In this document: positions 1 through 8,531 of the stretch, one piece after another | How the letters are laid out: every line of letters starts with the position of its first letter | How positions within the stretch are numbered: position 1 is the stretch's first letter | From: an uncultured bacterium | GTDB lineage: Bacteria; Verrucomicrobiota; Kiritimatiellia; CAIQIC01; Lenti-01 | Assembly: GCA_902766695.1 (NCBI GenBank) | Contig: CACXEY010000163.1 | Location: 1-36,736, forward strand | DNA: 36,736 nt | Direction of reading: 5' to 3' | Position numbers and translations under genes: made by a program | Notes under the pieces: model-generated | Database searches by the model: none | Told to the model about the DNA's origin: nothing | Seen by the model: the letters and a program-made list of their open reading frames with translations, nothing else

Positions 1-1944
1 CCCTCCTACGTCGGCATCTCCGCGCTCGCCACGGACGACATGCTGCACGAGGCCAGCTTCGCGGGCTTCGACTTCGTCGCCACCTGGAACATCGACGAGG
101 GCGAGTCGACGCCCTACCTGCGCACCGGCAGCGGAGAGCAGATCGTCGAGTTCGACGCCGGCGAGGGCACCTGCGACCCGGCGAGCGCGGTCTACGCCAT
201 CGGCGAACGCTACGGCGACCTGCCCGTGCCCGTCTGGGCGGGCCACGCCTTCCTCGGCTGGTTCGACGCCTCCGAAGGCGGCACGCAGGTGACCGCCGAA
301 AGCCGCGTCACCTCCCGCCCCGCCCGCATGCTCTACGCCCGTTGGACCGACCGCCAGACCGTCACCTTCGACCCCAACGGCGGGACCTGCGCCCCCCTCA
401 CCGCCCCCTACGCCTTCGGCGAGCCCTACGGCGACCTGCCGCTCCCGGTCCTTGAAGGCTCCGCCTTCCTCGGCTGGTTCGACGTGGAGACCGACGAGCC
501 CGTCACGACCAATACCGTCGTCCCCCTGGTCCCCGCCCGCGCCCTTGTCGCCCAGTGGGCCCCGCCCCAGGTCGTCACGTTCGTGGCGGGATCTTATGGT
601 TCGTTCCGCGGAGAGCCGACGATGGAGATGACCTTCGGAATCGGCGGAAAGTACCACGACCTGCCCAAGACCACGCCGGACGGGACCCATGCGCGGCTCG
701 GCTGGTACACGACGCCCGACGGGGACGAGACGGGGGAAATCGTCGAGGAAGGATCCGATGTCACGTCCGAGGGGATGCGGACACTGTACGCGCACTGGAC
801 GGACAAGCAGACAGTGACGTTCGATGCCCAAAACGGAACGGAACCCACAACAGGCGTCTATACGGTCGGTGGAAAGTACGGAACGTTGCCGACGCCGAAA
901 TGGGCGGGCCATGCGTTCGTTGGCTGGTTCACGGAGGCGGAAGGCGGCAAGCAGTTGTCGGCCTCCGGCAAAGTGACCACCAAGCCGGAGCGAACCGTCT
1001 ACGCCCAGTGGATGGACAAACAGACGGTCGTCTTCGACGCCCATGGAGGGGAGTGCACCCCCTCGACGATGGAGGCCGGGATGGGCGGCCGCTACGGCTC
1101 CCTGCCGACGCCGACCAAGGCGGGATACGCATTCGTCGGCTGGTACACCAAGGCCGAAGGCGGCAACCACCTCACGGCGAACAGCATCGTGACGACGCTG
1201 AAAACGCGGACGTTCCACGCCCACTGGACGAACGAGCAGACGGTCGTCTTCGACGCGCAGGGCGGCGACTGCGATCCCGCGACGATGACCGCCGAAATGG
1301 GCGGCCGCTACGGACCTTTGCCGAAACCGACCAAGGCCGGCTACGCGTTCGTCGGCTGGTACACGAAGGCCGAGGGCGGCAGCCACCTCACGGCGAACAG
1401 CATCGTGACGACGCTGAAGACGCGCACGTTCTACGCCCACTGGTCGGCCGACCAGACGGTGGCGTTCGTCGCGAACGGCGGATCGTGCGACACGACGACG
1501 ATGGTGGCCACGATTGGCGGGACCTACGGCGAATTGCCGAAGGCGACCCAGGATGGCTACATCTTCAAGGGCTGGTACACCAAGGCTGAAGGTGGCTCGA
1601 AGGTCACGGCGGCCAGCACCGTCACGGCGGCGACGGCGCGGACGCTCTACGCGCACTGGAAGGAGAAAGGCGCCGCCCCGTCCATCACCGCCTTCTCGGT
1701 CTCGCCGCGCTCCACCGCGCTTGCCGCCCGCTCCGCCGGTTCCGGCATCCTCGAGTGCACGCTCGTGGTCGAGACGGGTGCCGACTTCGTCTATGAAGTC
1801 CAGTGGACGGCCTCGATGCTCGGCGAGTGGACGGTCCTGAAACACTGGACCGCTGCCGAAGACGGCGAATTCCCCGTCACGGTGGAAGTCCCGGCCGATT
1901 TCCCCGCCGGTTTCTTCCGGGTCGTGGAGTTTGAAGTGGAATAA
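1..1944 (+). CDS. Surface/secreted protein with seven tandem Listeria-Bacteroides (Flg_new, PF09479-like) repeats; the 5' end lies outside the window
   Basis: Frame 1 is open from nt 1, with no stop before the ORF-track Met at 40. Stop TAA is at 1942-1944. Seven ~72-aa units share the pattern QTVxFDxxGGxC...YGxLPxPxxxGYxFxGW(Y/F)T..EGG...(L/F)YAxW. The last ~90 aa are non-repetitive and end in FFRVVEFEVE. Confidence 0.8.
   Translation, partial: PSYVGISALATDDMLHEASFAGFDFVATWNIDEGESTPYLRTGSGEQIVEFDAGEGTCDPASAVYAIGERYGDLPVPVWAGHAFLGWFDASEGGTQVTAESRVTSRPARMLYARWTDRQTVTFDPNGGTCAPLTAPYAFGEPYGDLPLPVLEGSAFLGWFDVETDEPVTTNTVVPLVPARALVAQWAPPQVVTFVAGSYGSFRGEPTMEMTFGIGGKYHDLPKTTPDGTHARLGWYTTPDGDETGEIVEEGSDVTSEGMRTLYAHWTDKQTVTFDAQNGTEPTTGVYTVGGKYGTLPTPKWAGHAFVGWFTEAEGGKQLSASGKVTTKPERTVYAQWMDKQTVVFDAHGGECTPSTMEAGMGGRYGSLPTPTKAGYAFVGWYTKAEGGNHLTANSIVTTLKTRTFHAHWTNEQTVVFDAQGGDCDPATMTAEMGGRYGPLPKPTKAGYAFVGWYTKAEGGSHLTANSIVTTLKTRTFYAHWSADQTVAFVANGGSCDTTTMVATIGGTYGELPKATQDGYIFKGWYTKAEGGSKVTAASTVTAATARTLYAHWKEKGAAPSITAFSVSPRSTALAARSAGSGILECTLVVETGADFVYEVQWTASMLGEWTVLKHWTAAEDGEFPVTVEVPADFPAGFFRVVEFEVE
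1021..1668 (+). repeat. Three consecutive 216-bp in-frame coding repeat units (starts 1021, 1237, 1453); the first two are near-identical
   Basis: Each unit begins cagacggt(c/g)g. Units 1021-1236 and 1237-1452 share long identical runs, for example cacctcacggcgaacagcatcgtgacgacgctgaa. Their peptides differ at only a few residues. Confidence 0.85.
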
Positions 1945-1968
1945 GTCCGATCCAATCCCGGATTGCCG

Positions 1969-2005
1969 TGCGCGGCCGCGTGAAAACGCGGCCGCGCATG
2001 TTTTT
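1969..2005 (+). terminator. Rho-independent terminator after the repeat-protein gene
   Basis: Perfect 12-bp GC stem tgcgcggccgcg / cgcggccgcgca with loop tgaaaa, followed by tgttttt. It lies 25 nt after the stop codon. Confidence 0.75.
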
Positions 2006-2146
2006 CCTGGCGGGAGTTGCCGGCGATTCCTCCTGGGGGGAGACTGCTGCGCTGGGCAACCCCGCCGAGGGCAAACGGTTTTTCCTCGGCATTGCGCATA
2101 CCCCGTGCACGTCCCGGGAAGCAATCTTCTCGACAGGTCGCAGAGA

Positions 2147-2175
2147 TTGTATATTGTATCGTGCAAGCGTAATAT
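2147..2175 (+). promoter_or_regulatory. Sigma70-like promoter for the plus-strand acyltransferase gene
   Basis: TTGTAT (2147-2152), 17-nt spacer, TAATAT (2170-2175). It sits in an AT-rich patch about 28 nt upstream of the ATG at 2203. Confidence 0.45.
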
Positions 2176-2202
2176 AAGGAATAACAGGACAGGAATGATT
2201 AT

Positions 2203-3444
2203 ATGAACACAACCGCCCCCCAAACCCGCGTGTTTCAGTGGTCCCGGCTCGCGGCCATCGCCGCGCTTTCAGCCTGCTGTTTTTTCTTTTTCCGAATGCA
2301 CGGCGTTCCCATGCTTCGGACGGTTTCGGTTTCCGCGGGCGTGGGATTGTTCTTCGTCTTTCTCTGGCTTGCGGAATCCCGGAGCCAACCGCCCCAGGCG
2401 CGTTCCGGGAAAAAACGGGATGGATTCGACTGGGGAATGCACTACATGCGGGGGTTCGCCATCGTCTGCATCATGCTCTCCCATTTCTGCGTGCGAACGG
2501 GCTGGCCCCGGTTCTCGGCGGGGTTTCTGCGGAGTTCGACGGTCTTCTTCCTCTTCATCTCGGGCTATCTCTGCCAATACCTGGCCTTCCGCCGTCCCGT
2601 GGACACGGGACAGTACTATCTTTCGAAGGTGAAGAATGTCATTTCGCCCTATGTCGTCTGTTCGCTCGCCACGCTGGCGGCCGTTTGCCTCCTCCATGCC
2701 AAGCGTGCTGGCGTGATCGCCCCCTCCGAAATCTCCCTACGGTCCTTGCCCAACATCCTGCTTCTGGGCTGGGCCCAGCGCCCATATTGGTACATTCCCT
2801 TCGTCGTCATCCTCTTCCTCGTTTCGCCGTGGCTGACCCGCATCGGCAACCGGACGCTTCTCTGGCTGCTGGTGGTTTCCTTCTTCGCGGCAGTCTGCTT
2901 TCCGGGCCGGCCCTTGGGAAACCTGACGTGGAACCCGGTTGTCTCCCTGTATCGGTATGTCTATTTTACCTGGGCATACCTGCTGGGGTTCGCCTACGCG
3001 CGCTGGAAGGCCCGGATTGATCCGCACCTGGGTGCTTATGCCATCCCGGCCTTGCTGCTGGGCATCCTCCTCGGCTTCCGCACCATGTTCCCGGCCGGCC
3101 AGTATTCGGACTTCATTCTTTCCGGCTCTTTCGCCTGGTCCGTGCAGAAACTCTTTTTCCTGGTTCCCGTCCTCTGGATTGCCAACCGGGTCCGCTCCGT
3201 CCGCATCCCCCTTTTCGACTGGCTCGCGACCTACAGTTTCACCCTTTTCTTCCTGCACCATTTCTTCATCCAGGACTATATCGGCCTCATGGCCCGGGTG
3301 TCCGGCACCCTCGGGGCCGGCACGTTGGTGCAGACCGCCGTCCACATCGCCCTGACCGTGGTGTTCCTTGCCCAGAACCTCCTGCTGGCCGTCATGCTGA
3401 AACAGGTCTGCGGACATTGGTCCCGGCAATTCATTGGGGCGTGA
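2203..3444 (+). CDS. Acyltransferase family 3 (AT3) integral membrane O-acyltransferase with an N-terminal ~80-aa two-TM extension
   Basis: 413-aa multi-pass hydrophobic protein. It has the AT3-type entry motif (MRGFAIVCIMLSHF) and many further TM segments. It has its own promoter and an ATG start. Confidence 0.8.
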   Translation: MNTTAPQTRVFQWSRLAAIAALSACCFFFFRMHGVPMLRTVSVSAGVGLFFVFLWLAESRSQPPQARSGKKRDGFDWGMHYMRGFAIVCIMLSHFCVRTGWPRFSAGFLRSSTVFFLFISGYLCQYLAFRRPVDTGQYYLSKVKNVISPYVVCSLATLAAVCLLHAKRAGVIAPSEISLRSLPNILLLGWAQRPYWYIPFVVILFLVSPWLTRIGNRTLLWLLVVSFFAAVCFPGRPLGNLTWNPVVSLYRYVYFTWAYLLGFAYARWKARIDPHLGAYAIPALLLGILLGFRTMFPAGQYSDFILSGSFAWSVQKLFFLVPVLWIANRVRSVRIPLFDWLATYSFTLFFLHHFFIQDYIGLMARVSGTLGAGTLVQTAVHIALTVVFLAQNLLLAVMLKQVCGHWSRQFIGA

Positions 3445-3554
3445 TTGTTTCCGCAGAAGCGGATGACGTCCAATGTCTGCGCAAGTTTTCCTGACGGTGG
3501 GGGGGCATGCTCCCCCACCCTGGTCGAAGCCAGTGGAACATAATTGACCCTGAA

Positions 3555-3597
3555 AAGAGCAGTTGAGCGACACTTCGAGTGTCGCTCAACTGCTCTT
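3555..3597 (-). terminator. 43-nt perfect palindrome between convergent genes; likely terminator of the long minus-strand operon
   Basis: aagagcagttgagcgacact / agtgtcgctcaactgctctt forms a 20-bp perfect stem with a 3-nt loop. On the minus strand it is followed by TTTTCA. There is no T-run on the plus-strand side. The palindrome explains why both strands give ORFs starting MSLNCS. Confidence 0.7.
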
Positions 3598-3608
3598 GTA
3601 ATATCAAA

Positions 3609-4706
3609 TCACGGCATGGTGGCTCGTTTCCCCCACCATCGGAGCAAATTGCTTGTTGGATTGGCCAAAAACCATGGCCAACTATAACGCGAAACCCAAG
3701 TCAGAACGGCAACGGTCAGGAGGGTTTCGATTGTCCAGGCGAGCAAACCGCCGGGCATCAGATGGGTTTTCTCCATCCCATGGATTACATAGAAGAAAAA
3801 CCTATGATACACGTAAATGACGAGGGTCGCACTTCCCCACTTGGCCAACAATCGATTTGCCCGCATCACCCGCATGACAAAGAGGCACGACAGCGAACTG
3901 AGCAACAAATAGAGACATCTCAATCCCATTTTTGCGCAAGCGATACTCCAGCCAACCGGTTCACCCCACCAATCGCTGCTGGTCCTGCCATCCCAGTAAC
4001 TCCACTTGCAATGGTGAACGAAACTCAAGTTGACATCGGGCAAGACCTGCCAAAAAAGGAAAAAGAGGCCAATCAACCCCACCCAGGCAAGCCAATTGGG
4101 GATTTTGCGGATGCCCCACCGCCAATCCCACGCCGCCGTGTAATACCCCGCCAGGAAAAACGGGGAAAAGGCCAAGGCCCGTTGAACGGCAAAGGCGCCG
4201 GATACAGGGAGAAAACCACTCAGGATGCTTATTGCGACGCTCACCATGAATGCCAAAGCACATCGTCGAGGCCCGGCATTCGCCGGAGGCAACAGAAATA
4301 CTCCAATTCGCCAATAGACCAAAGCCAGCAAATACCAGTAAGTCGTTGCGGGACTTATCCAAAGTTTGATGGTCGGCGACGCCCCCTGGAAAATGGCAAA
4401 AAGAACCCAGAAAACATGAAAGCACAAAAAGGTCTCAAGCAGTCTTATGATGTTGCGGAAATAGCGCTTGCGGTCGTGGAGGTGAGTGAAACGACCTGAA
4501 ACAAACACAAACAGGGGCATGTGAAAAGCATAAATCGTATTGAAAACCGCCAGATCCAATGTCCCTGGATTATGAATAAAATGCCCATAAACGACCAAGA
4601 CAATCAAAACAAATTTCAGGGTGTCCCAATAGAGATCGCGTTGGGGTTTGCCTTCCGGGCCCGGGTGAGGGGCAGATTGAAAGTCAAGTGTTGCAACGTC
4701 TTTCAT
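3609..4706 (-). CDS. Acyltransferase family 3 (AT3) membrane O-acyltransferase
   Basis: 365 aa with ATG at 4706. AT3-type N-terminal motif WDTLKFVLIVLVVYGHF, then about 9-10 hydrophobic helices. GC is visibly lower than in flanking genes. Confidence 0.85.
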   Translation of the reverse strand: MKDVATLDFQSAPHPGPEGKPQRDLYWDTLKFVLIVLVVYGHFIHNPGTLDLAVFNTIYAFHMPLFVFVSGRFTHLHDRKRYFRNIIRLLETFLCFHVFWVLFAIFQGASPTIKLWISPATTYWYLLALVYWRIGVFLLPPANAGPRRCALAFMVSVAISILSGFLPVSGAFAVQRALAFSPFFLAGYYTAAWDWRWGIRKIPNWLAWVGLIGLFFLFWQVLPDVNLSFVHHCKWSYWDGRTSSDWWGEPVGWSIACAKMGLRCLYLLLSSLSCLFVMRVMRANRLLAKWGSATLVIYVYHRFFFYVIHGMEKTHLMPGGLLAWTIETLLTVAVLTWVSRYSWPWFLANPTSNLLRWWGKRATMP

Positions 4707-4762
4707 GTCGGGGAATCAGTTCCTGCATTGAACACACATTGGCAAAGAAGCACGCACAACCA

Positions 4763-5704
4763 CTACATCCCGTATTTCAGCCAACCGAAAAACCGCTTCG
4801 TTTGCAGTTTGAGAATGCACCAAGAAAGCAAGGCGGCGCACCCCAAGACCACGGTGAACTGGATCAAGCTGTTGTCCAGAGCCGGAAGTCTGGATGCGGC
4901 CAACAAATGCACGGCATCGGCAAAAACGAAATGCGTGACGAAAATCAGGATGCTCATCTTCCGCAATGTCACGTACGCGGGGCGAAACGTGATGGGGCAG
5001 TCCAGGAAGAGGGAAAACAGTGCGACGGTAAATGCGGCCCGGGCAAAAGGAAGCAATGCGGGAACACGCATTCCGGCATACAGCACGGGCAAGGCCATCA
5101 AACGCGCCCAGGTTGTTTCCCCCCTCCACCGGGAAAGGGGAGCCAACAACGAACCGACCTGAATCCACAACAGGAAGGGCAAAAAAGAATGTGATCCCCA
5201 CAGGACATCCATTCCCCAATGATATTGGAAAATGGCATGGGCGGCAAACGTCGCGAACAAGGCCGCGAGCGGGTGAAGGCATTTGCGCAACAGCTGGACG
5301 ACGGGAACCCCGATCATCAATGCCATGATGAAATAGGACCCCCTGAAGGTCGATCCCAAGAAAAGACATTTGGAAAAGGAAACCCAATCAAAATGCGCAT
5401 GCCACTTCTGTATGGCGATGGTGCAGGGAAGGAGAAGCACGAACCAAAAGGCATAAAAAACGGCAAGTCGCCTGACATAGTGGAACAGGGTTTGCAGGTT
5501 GACCACGGGTTTCCGGAAATAGAGATAGGACGAAACGACGAAAAAAACCGGAACGGCAAAACCCGGACAAAACGCAAAACTCAACCATCCATACTCTTTG
5601 AACAAGTGGGTATGGATGGAAACGACAAGCAAGGCCATGCAAAACTTCAGAACATCAAGCCCGGGCAATTGCTCCTGCCCGCATTTTCCGCAATCCGTCG
5701 TCAT
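4763..5704 (-). CDS. Acyltransferase family 3 (AT3) membrane O-acyltransferase
   Basis: The ORF track starts at a TTG (5761). I prefer ATG 5704, which is preceded by gagaAAGGAAAgaaa. Motif LDVLKFCMALLVVSIHT, then multiple TM helices. Lower GC than neighbours. Confidence 0.8.
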   Translation of the reverse strand: MTTDCGKCGQEQLPGLDVLKFCMALLVVSIHTHLFKEYGWLSFAFCPGFAVPVFFVVSSYLYFRKPVVNLQTLFHYVRRLAVFYAFWFVLLLPCTIAIQKWHAHFDWVSFSKCLFLGSTFRGSYFIMALMIGVPVVQLLRKCLHPLAALFATFAAHAIFQYHWGMDVLWGSHSFLPFLLWIQVGSLLAPLSRWRGETTWARLMALPVLYAGMRVPALLPFARAAFTVALFSLFLDCPITFRPAYVTLRKMSILIFVTHFVFADAVHLLAASRLPALDNSLIQFTVVLGCAALLSWCILKLQTKRFFGWLKYGM

Positions 5705-5761
5705 TTTCTTTCCTTTCTCACAGAGAGGTTTGAAACTCCACCGCCCGTTCCTGCCGCACAA

Positions 5762-6937
5762 TCACCCGTGCGCCTGGTTTTGCAAAAAGGCGACGATGTC
5801 CCGGACGACCCGTTCCGCCGCATGGCCATCTTCGACATTGCCGATTTGGGCCAGGAAACGGGCCCGTTTTTCTTGCAACGCTTCCGGGTCGAAAGAACGG
5901 ATTTCCGAGAGCAATCCGGGAAAGGTTTCGGAGATGGGATAGGGAAGGTCTTCGCAGGGCATGTAAAAACCGCGCTCGACCTTTTCATAATGGTTCCTGT
6001 CGGGGGCGAACAGGAAGCAGGGTTTCGGAGTGAGCGCGAAATCGAAGAGGGAACCCGAATAATCCGTAATCAGGACATCGGTGCAGGCCAGGTATTCCGC
6101 CATGTCGTCCGCGGCATTCCCGTCCACGACGGTTTGTCCGTCGACGGGCAAAAGCCTGTCGGCCTTGATTTGTTCCAGGACCCTGGCGTGGACCCGGAAA
6201 ACGAAGGCAAATTGCCCGCCGAATTTTTGGCCGAGGGCCGCAAGGAGCCCGGGAATGTCCATTTGGCGCACTTGTTCGATGCCGCTCCACGCCACGTCGT
6301 CGCGGAAGGTGGGGGCAAAGAGGACCAGCCGCTTTTGGGGCAGTCCCAGCTTCCGTTTCAGGGCCACCGGATCGGGGGGGGCGAACAGCAAATCGTTCCG
6401 GGGGGTGCCGTACAAGCGGATCCGGTTTTCCAGCAGGAACGCGCGATTCAGGCAATCGGCCGTGTAGCGGCATCCCGCGATGCAGTAGTCGGAACTCGTT
6501 GCGTATCCGGATGGCTTCCACCGCAGCAAATCCCCCCCGATTTTCTTCAGCGGGGTTCCATGCCACGTGGAGATGCACAATTGCCGTTTGTTGCGGGCGA
6601 GCCATTTCCTGAATCCGCCCCACGGCCCGTGGAACCCCAATTGTGCGACCCCGACATAGTTGTCGACGACCACGGCGGCCGTCTTCAAAAGCCTGAAATA
6701 CGCCCGTGACGGATACGGAACGACTTCGACATACTCCGGGGGCCGGTTCCGGCATTTTCTGGAAATGCACCAAATGATTTTGGTGTCCGGCGAGACATCG
6801 TGCAGTTTTTCCGAAATGTACTTCGGATTGTCGTTGTATTGCCCCCTGAAACTGCGGAAAAACACCGTATTGGGCAACGTGTGCCGGAATTTGGACAGAA
6901 CGCTTTCGCGGAAAACAGGAAAGCTCGACATGGTCAT
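5762..6937 (-). CDS. CDP-glycerol glycerophosphotransferase (TagB/TagF family, Glyphos_transf)
   Basis: Trimmed from ORF 5762..7237 to the ATG at 6937 (MTMSSFP). Family hallmarks: FRSFRGQYNDNPKYISEKL, WHGTPLKKIG, FAPTFRD, DVLITDYSGSLFDFALTPKPCFLFAPD. Its start overlaps the upstream gene's stop (ATGA). Confidence 0.9.
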   Translation of the reverse strand: MTMSSFPVFRESVLSKFRHTLPNTVFFRSFRGQYNDNPKYISEKLHDVSPDTKIIWCISRKCRNRPPEYVEVVPYPSRAYFRLLKTAAVVVDNYVGVAQLGFHGPWGGFRKWLARNKRQLCISTWHGTPLKKIGGDLLRWKPSGYATSSDYCIAGCRYTADCLNRAFLLENRIRLYGTPRNDLLFAPPDPVALKRKLGLPQKRLVLFAPTFRDDVAWSGIEQVRQMDIPGLLAALGQKFGGQFAFVFRVHARVLEQIKADRLLPVDGQTVVDGNAADDMAEYLACTDVLITDYSGSLFDFALTPKPCFLFAPDRNHYEKVERGFYMPCEDLPYPISETFPGLLSEIRSFDPEALQEKRARFLAQIGNVEDGHAAERVVRDIVAFLQNQAHG

Positions 6938-7500
6938 TCTCCGGGCCGGGCGGACGGGACGAAACCGATCGCGCCGGCGATGTCCGCCGCCGCCTGCGCC
7001 AGTCCCAAGGCCCGCAAGAGGGCGAAGGCGAAGGGGATTGCGGCCCCCAACCCCCTTCCCGTGATGATGTTGCCCGCAACCGACACGTTCGCACCCGACA
7101 GGATGGCCTTGCCCATTTTGCCCTCGAAGGCCGGGTGGCAGGTGGCGGGCTTGCCGTCCAGGAGCCCCAGTCCCGCCAGGACGCTCGGGGCGGCGCAGAT
7201 GGCGGCGAGGAGCCTGTTTTCGGCGAATGCGAGACACTGTTCCCGGACCAAGGCGCTTTCGGCCAAGTGCGTGGTCCCGGGGAGGCCGCCGGGGAGGACG
7301 AGGAGAGCGGCTCCGTCGAAATCCACGTCTTCCGCCAAGGCATCGGCCCGGAAACGGTCGCCATGGGAGGAAAGGATGTCCAGCCGCCCCGTGACGGACG
7401 CCGTCACGACATCAATCTTGGCCCGCCGCAAGATGTCAACGACAAGAAGCGCCTCGCATTCTTCGACGCCGTCTGCCAAAACAACAACAGTCCGTTTCAT
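6934..7500 (-). CDS. DJ-1/PfpI/ThiJ family protein
   Basis: MKRTVVVLADGVEECEAL..., LLVLPGG, nucleophile-elbow AAICAAP. Start ATG 7500 is preferred because AAGGAG sits 6 nt upstream. An alternative ATG is at 7506. Confidence 0.85.
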   Translation of the reverse strand: MKRTVVVLADGVEECEALLVVDILRRAKIDVVTASVTGRLDILSSHGDRFRADALAEDVDFDGAALLVLPGGLPGTTHLAESALVREQCLAFAENRLLAAICAAPSVLAGLGLLDGKPATCHPAFEGKMGKAILSGANVSVAGNIITGRGLGAAIPFAFALLRALGLAQAAADIAGAIGFVPSARPGE

Positions 7501-7527
7501 GCACATCTCCTTTCCCGGTCGTGAACA

Positions 7528-8463
7528 TCAAGGAAAGACCACCACGTCCTCTGCGCGCTTCCGATTGGAGCACGCCACGGAGAACTCGTCCTTGCAATGG
7601 CCCGCGGCGATTTCCAGGACGATTTTCTCGTTTTTGGGGATATGGCATGTTTCCCTGAGAAAATCATTGTACTTGCTGGCGAAATGGAGCTCTTTCTTCT
7701 TCATGCACGAGCCGATGCCCAAGGCATGGAGCGCCAAGACGAGATAGGTCGCGAAAATGGTCGCGCTGACAATCCAATCCCCGTATTCCTCCGCGGAGAA
7801 GGCATTGATTTCGCCCGTGACGACAAGATACTTGTCCGCGTGGTAGATGTTTTCGTATCCCGCCTCCTCCCGGCGTTTGCCCTCCAGGACATAGACCTTG
7901 AAGGGTTGGCGGTTGCAGGCACTGGGACACATCAGCGCCAGTTGCACGGCCTGCAACAGGGTTTCCCGGGGAATGGGCCTGTCCGCAAAATCCCGGACGC
8001 TGTGGCGCGTCGAAAAGAATTTCCGCGCCCATTCCAACCCATCGGGGACGGCCACCTCCTGCGCCGTGAGGTGCCGGGCCCCCCCCGTCGCGGTGACGGT
8101 CCCCATCCATTCGCGGATTCTGGGCGTCTTGTCGAGCAGTTTCGCGGCTCTCTCGGTTTCCTCCCGGTCTCCCGTGCTCTTCTTTGCCTCCAGATAGGCC
8201 TTCAGGACACTTGCGCCGGTTTCCAGGGCAAAGCGGTCCGGGTTCGGCATGGACAGTTCTTTCTCCAGCAAAGTCGCCAACCGCGCGATTTTGTCCCATC
8301 CCCACAACCGCCTGGGGTTCCGGATGGTCAGGCCCTTTTCGATTCGGTGGGCCGTCTGGACCAACGCGTCCCGCGCGGTCTGGCCTTTCAGGGAAGAAGA
8401 GCGGTCATGGCGAAAAGTGTCCCACAGTTGGGCGAATTTGAGGAAACGACGTGCAAGTTTCAT
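7528..8463 (-). CDS. Nitroreductase-family flavoprotein with a ~150-aa N-terminal extension
   Basis: 311 aa with ATG at 8463. The nitroreductase signature TRHSVRDFADRPIP...LMCPSACNRQPFKV lies in the C-terminal half. Confidence 0.8.
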   Translation of the reverse strand: MKLARRFLKFAQLWDTFRHDRSSSLKGQTARDALVQTAHRIEKGLTIRNPRRLWGWDKIARLATLLEKELSMPNPDRFALETGASVLKAYLEAKKSTGDREETERAAKLLDKTPRIREWMGTVTATGGARHLTAQEVAVPDGLEWARKFFSTRHSVRDFADRPIPRETLLQAVQLALMCPSACNRQPFKVYVLEGKRREEAGYENIYHADKYLVVTGEINAFSAEEYGDWIVSATIFATYLVLALHALGIGSCMKKKELHFASKYNDFLRETCHIPKNEKIVLEIAAGHCKDEFSVACSNRKRAEDVVVFP

Positions 8464-8531
8464 TGAAGACTCCGGATCAATTCAGTTGTCGCTGGGTTGG
8501 GGATGCATGGACAAAAGCACAATCGGGCATT

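Noticed and set aside
6374-6381. G8/C8-G9 homopolymers as phase-variation switches: 6374-6381 inside the TagF-like CDS, 25900-25907 inside the poly-Pro CDS, 21182-21189, 32403-32411 and 36590-36598 intergenic
   Set aside because: Runs of 7-9 G or C recur throughout this GC-rich window. In the coding regions they simply encode Pro-Pro(-Pro). Length variation cannot be judged from a single sequence. Only the G11 tract is reported as a finding.
6938-7237. N-terminal extensions given by the ORF track. Examples: 5762..7237, 8532..9968, 10077..11882, 11530..12852, 12576..14099, 13937..14911, 15908..17755, 17912..19516, 19629..21371, 21220..22371, 28088..29509.
   Set aside because: The extensions overlap the preceding gene in another frame and translate to Arg/Pro-rich sequence. 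They end at an internal ATG or GTG that has an SD or a stop/start overlap, and this is where family homology begins. I trimmed the starts accordingly.
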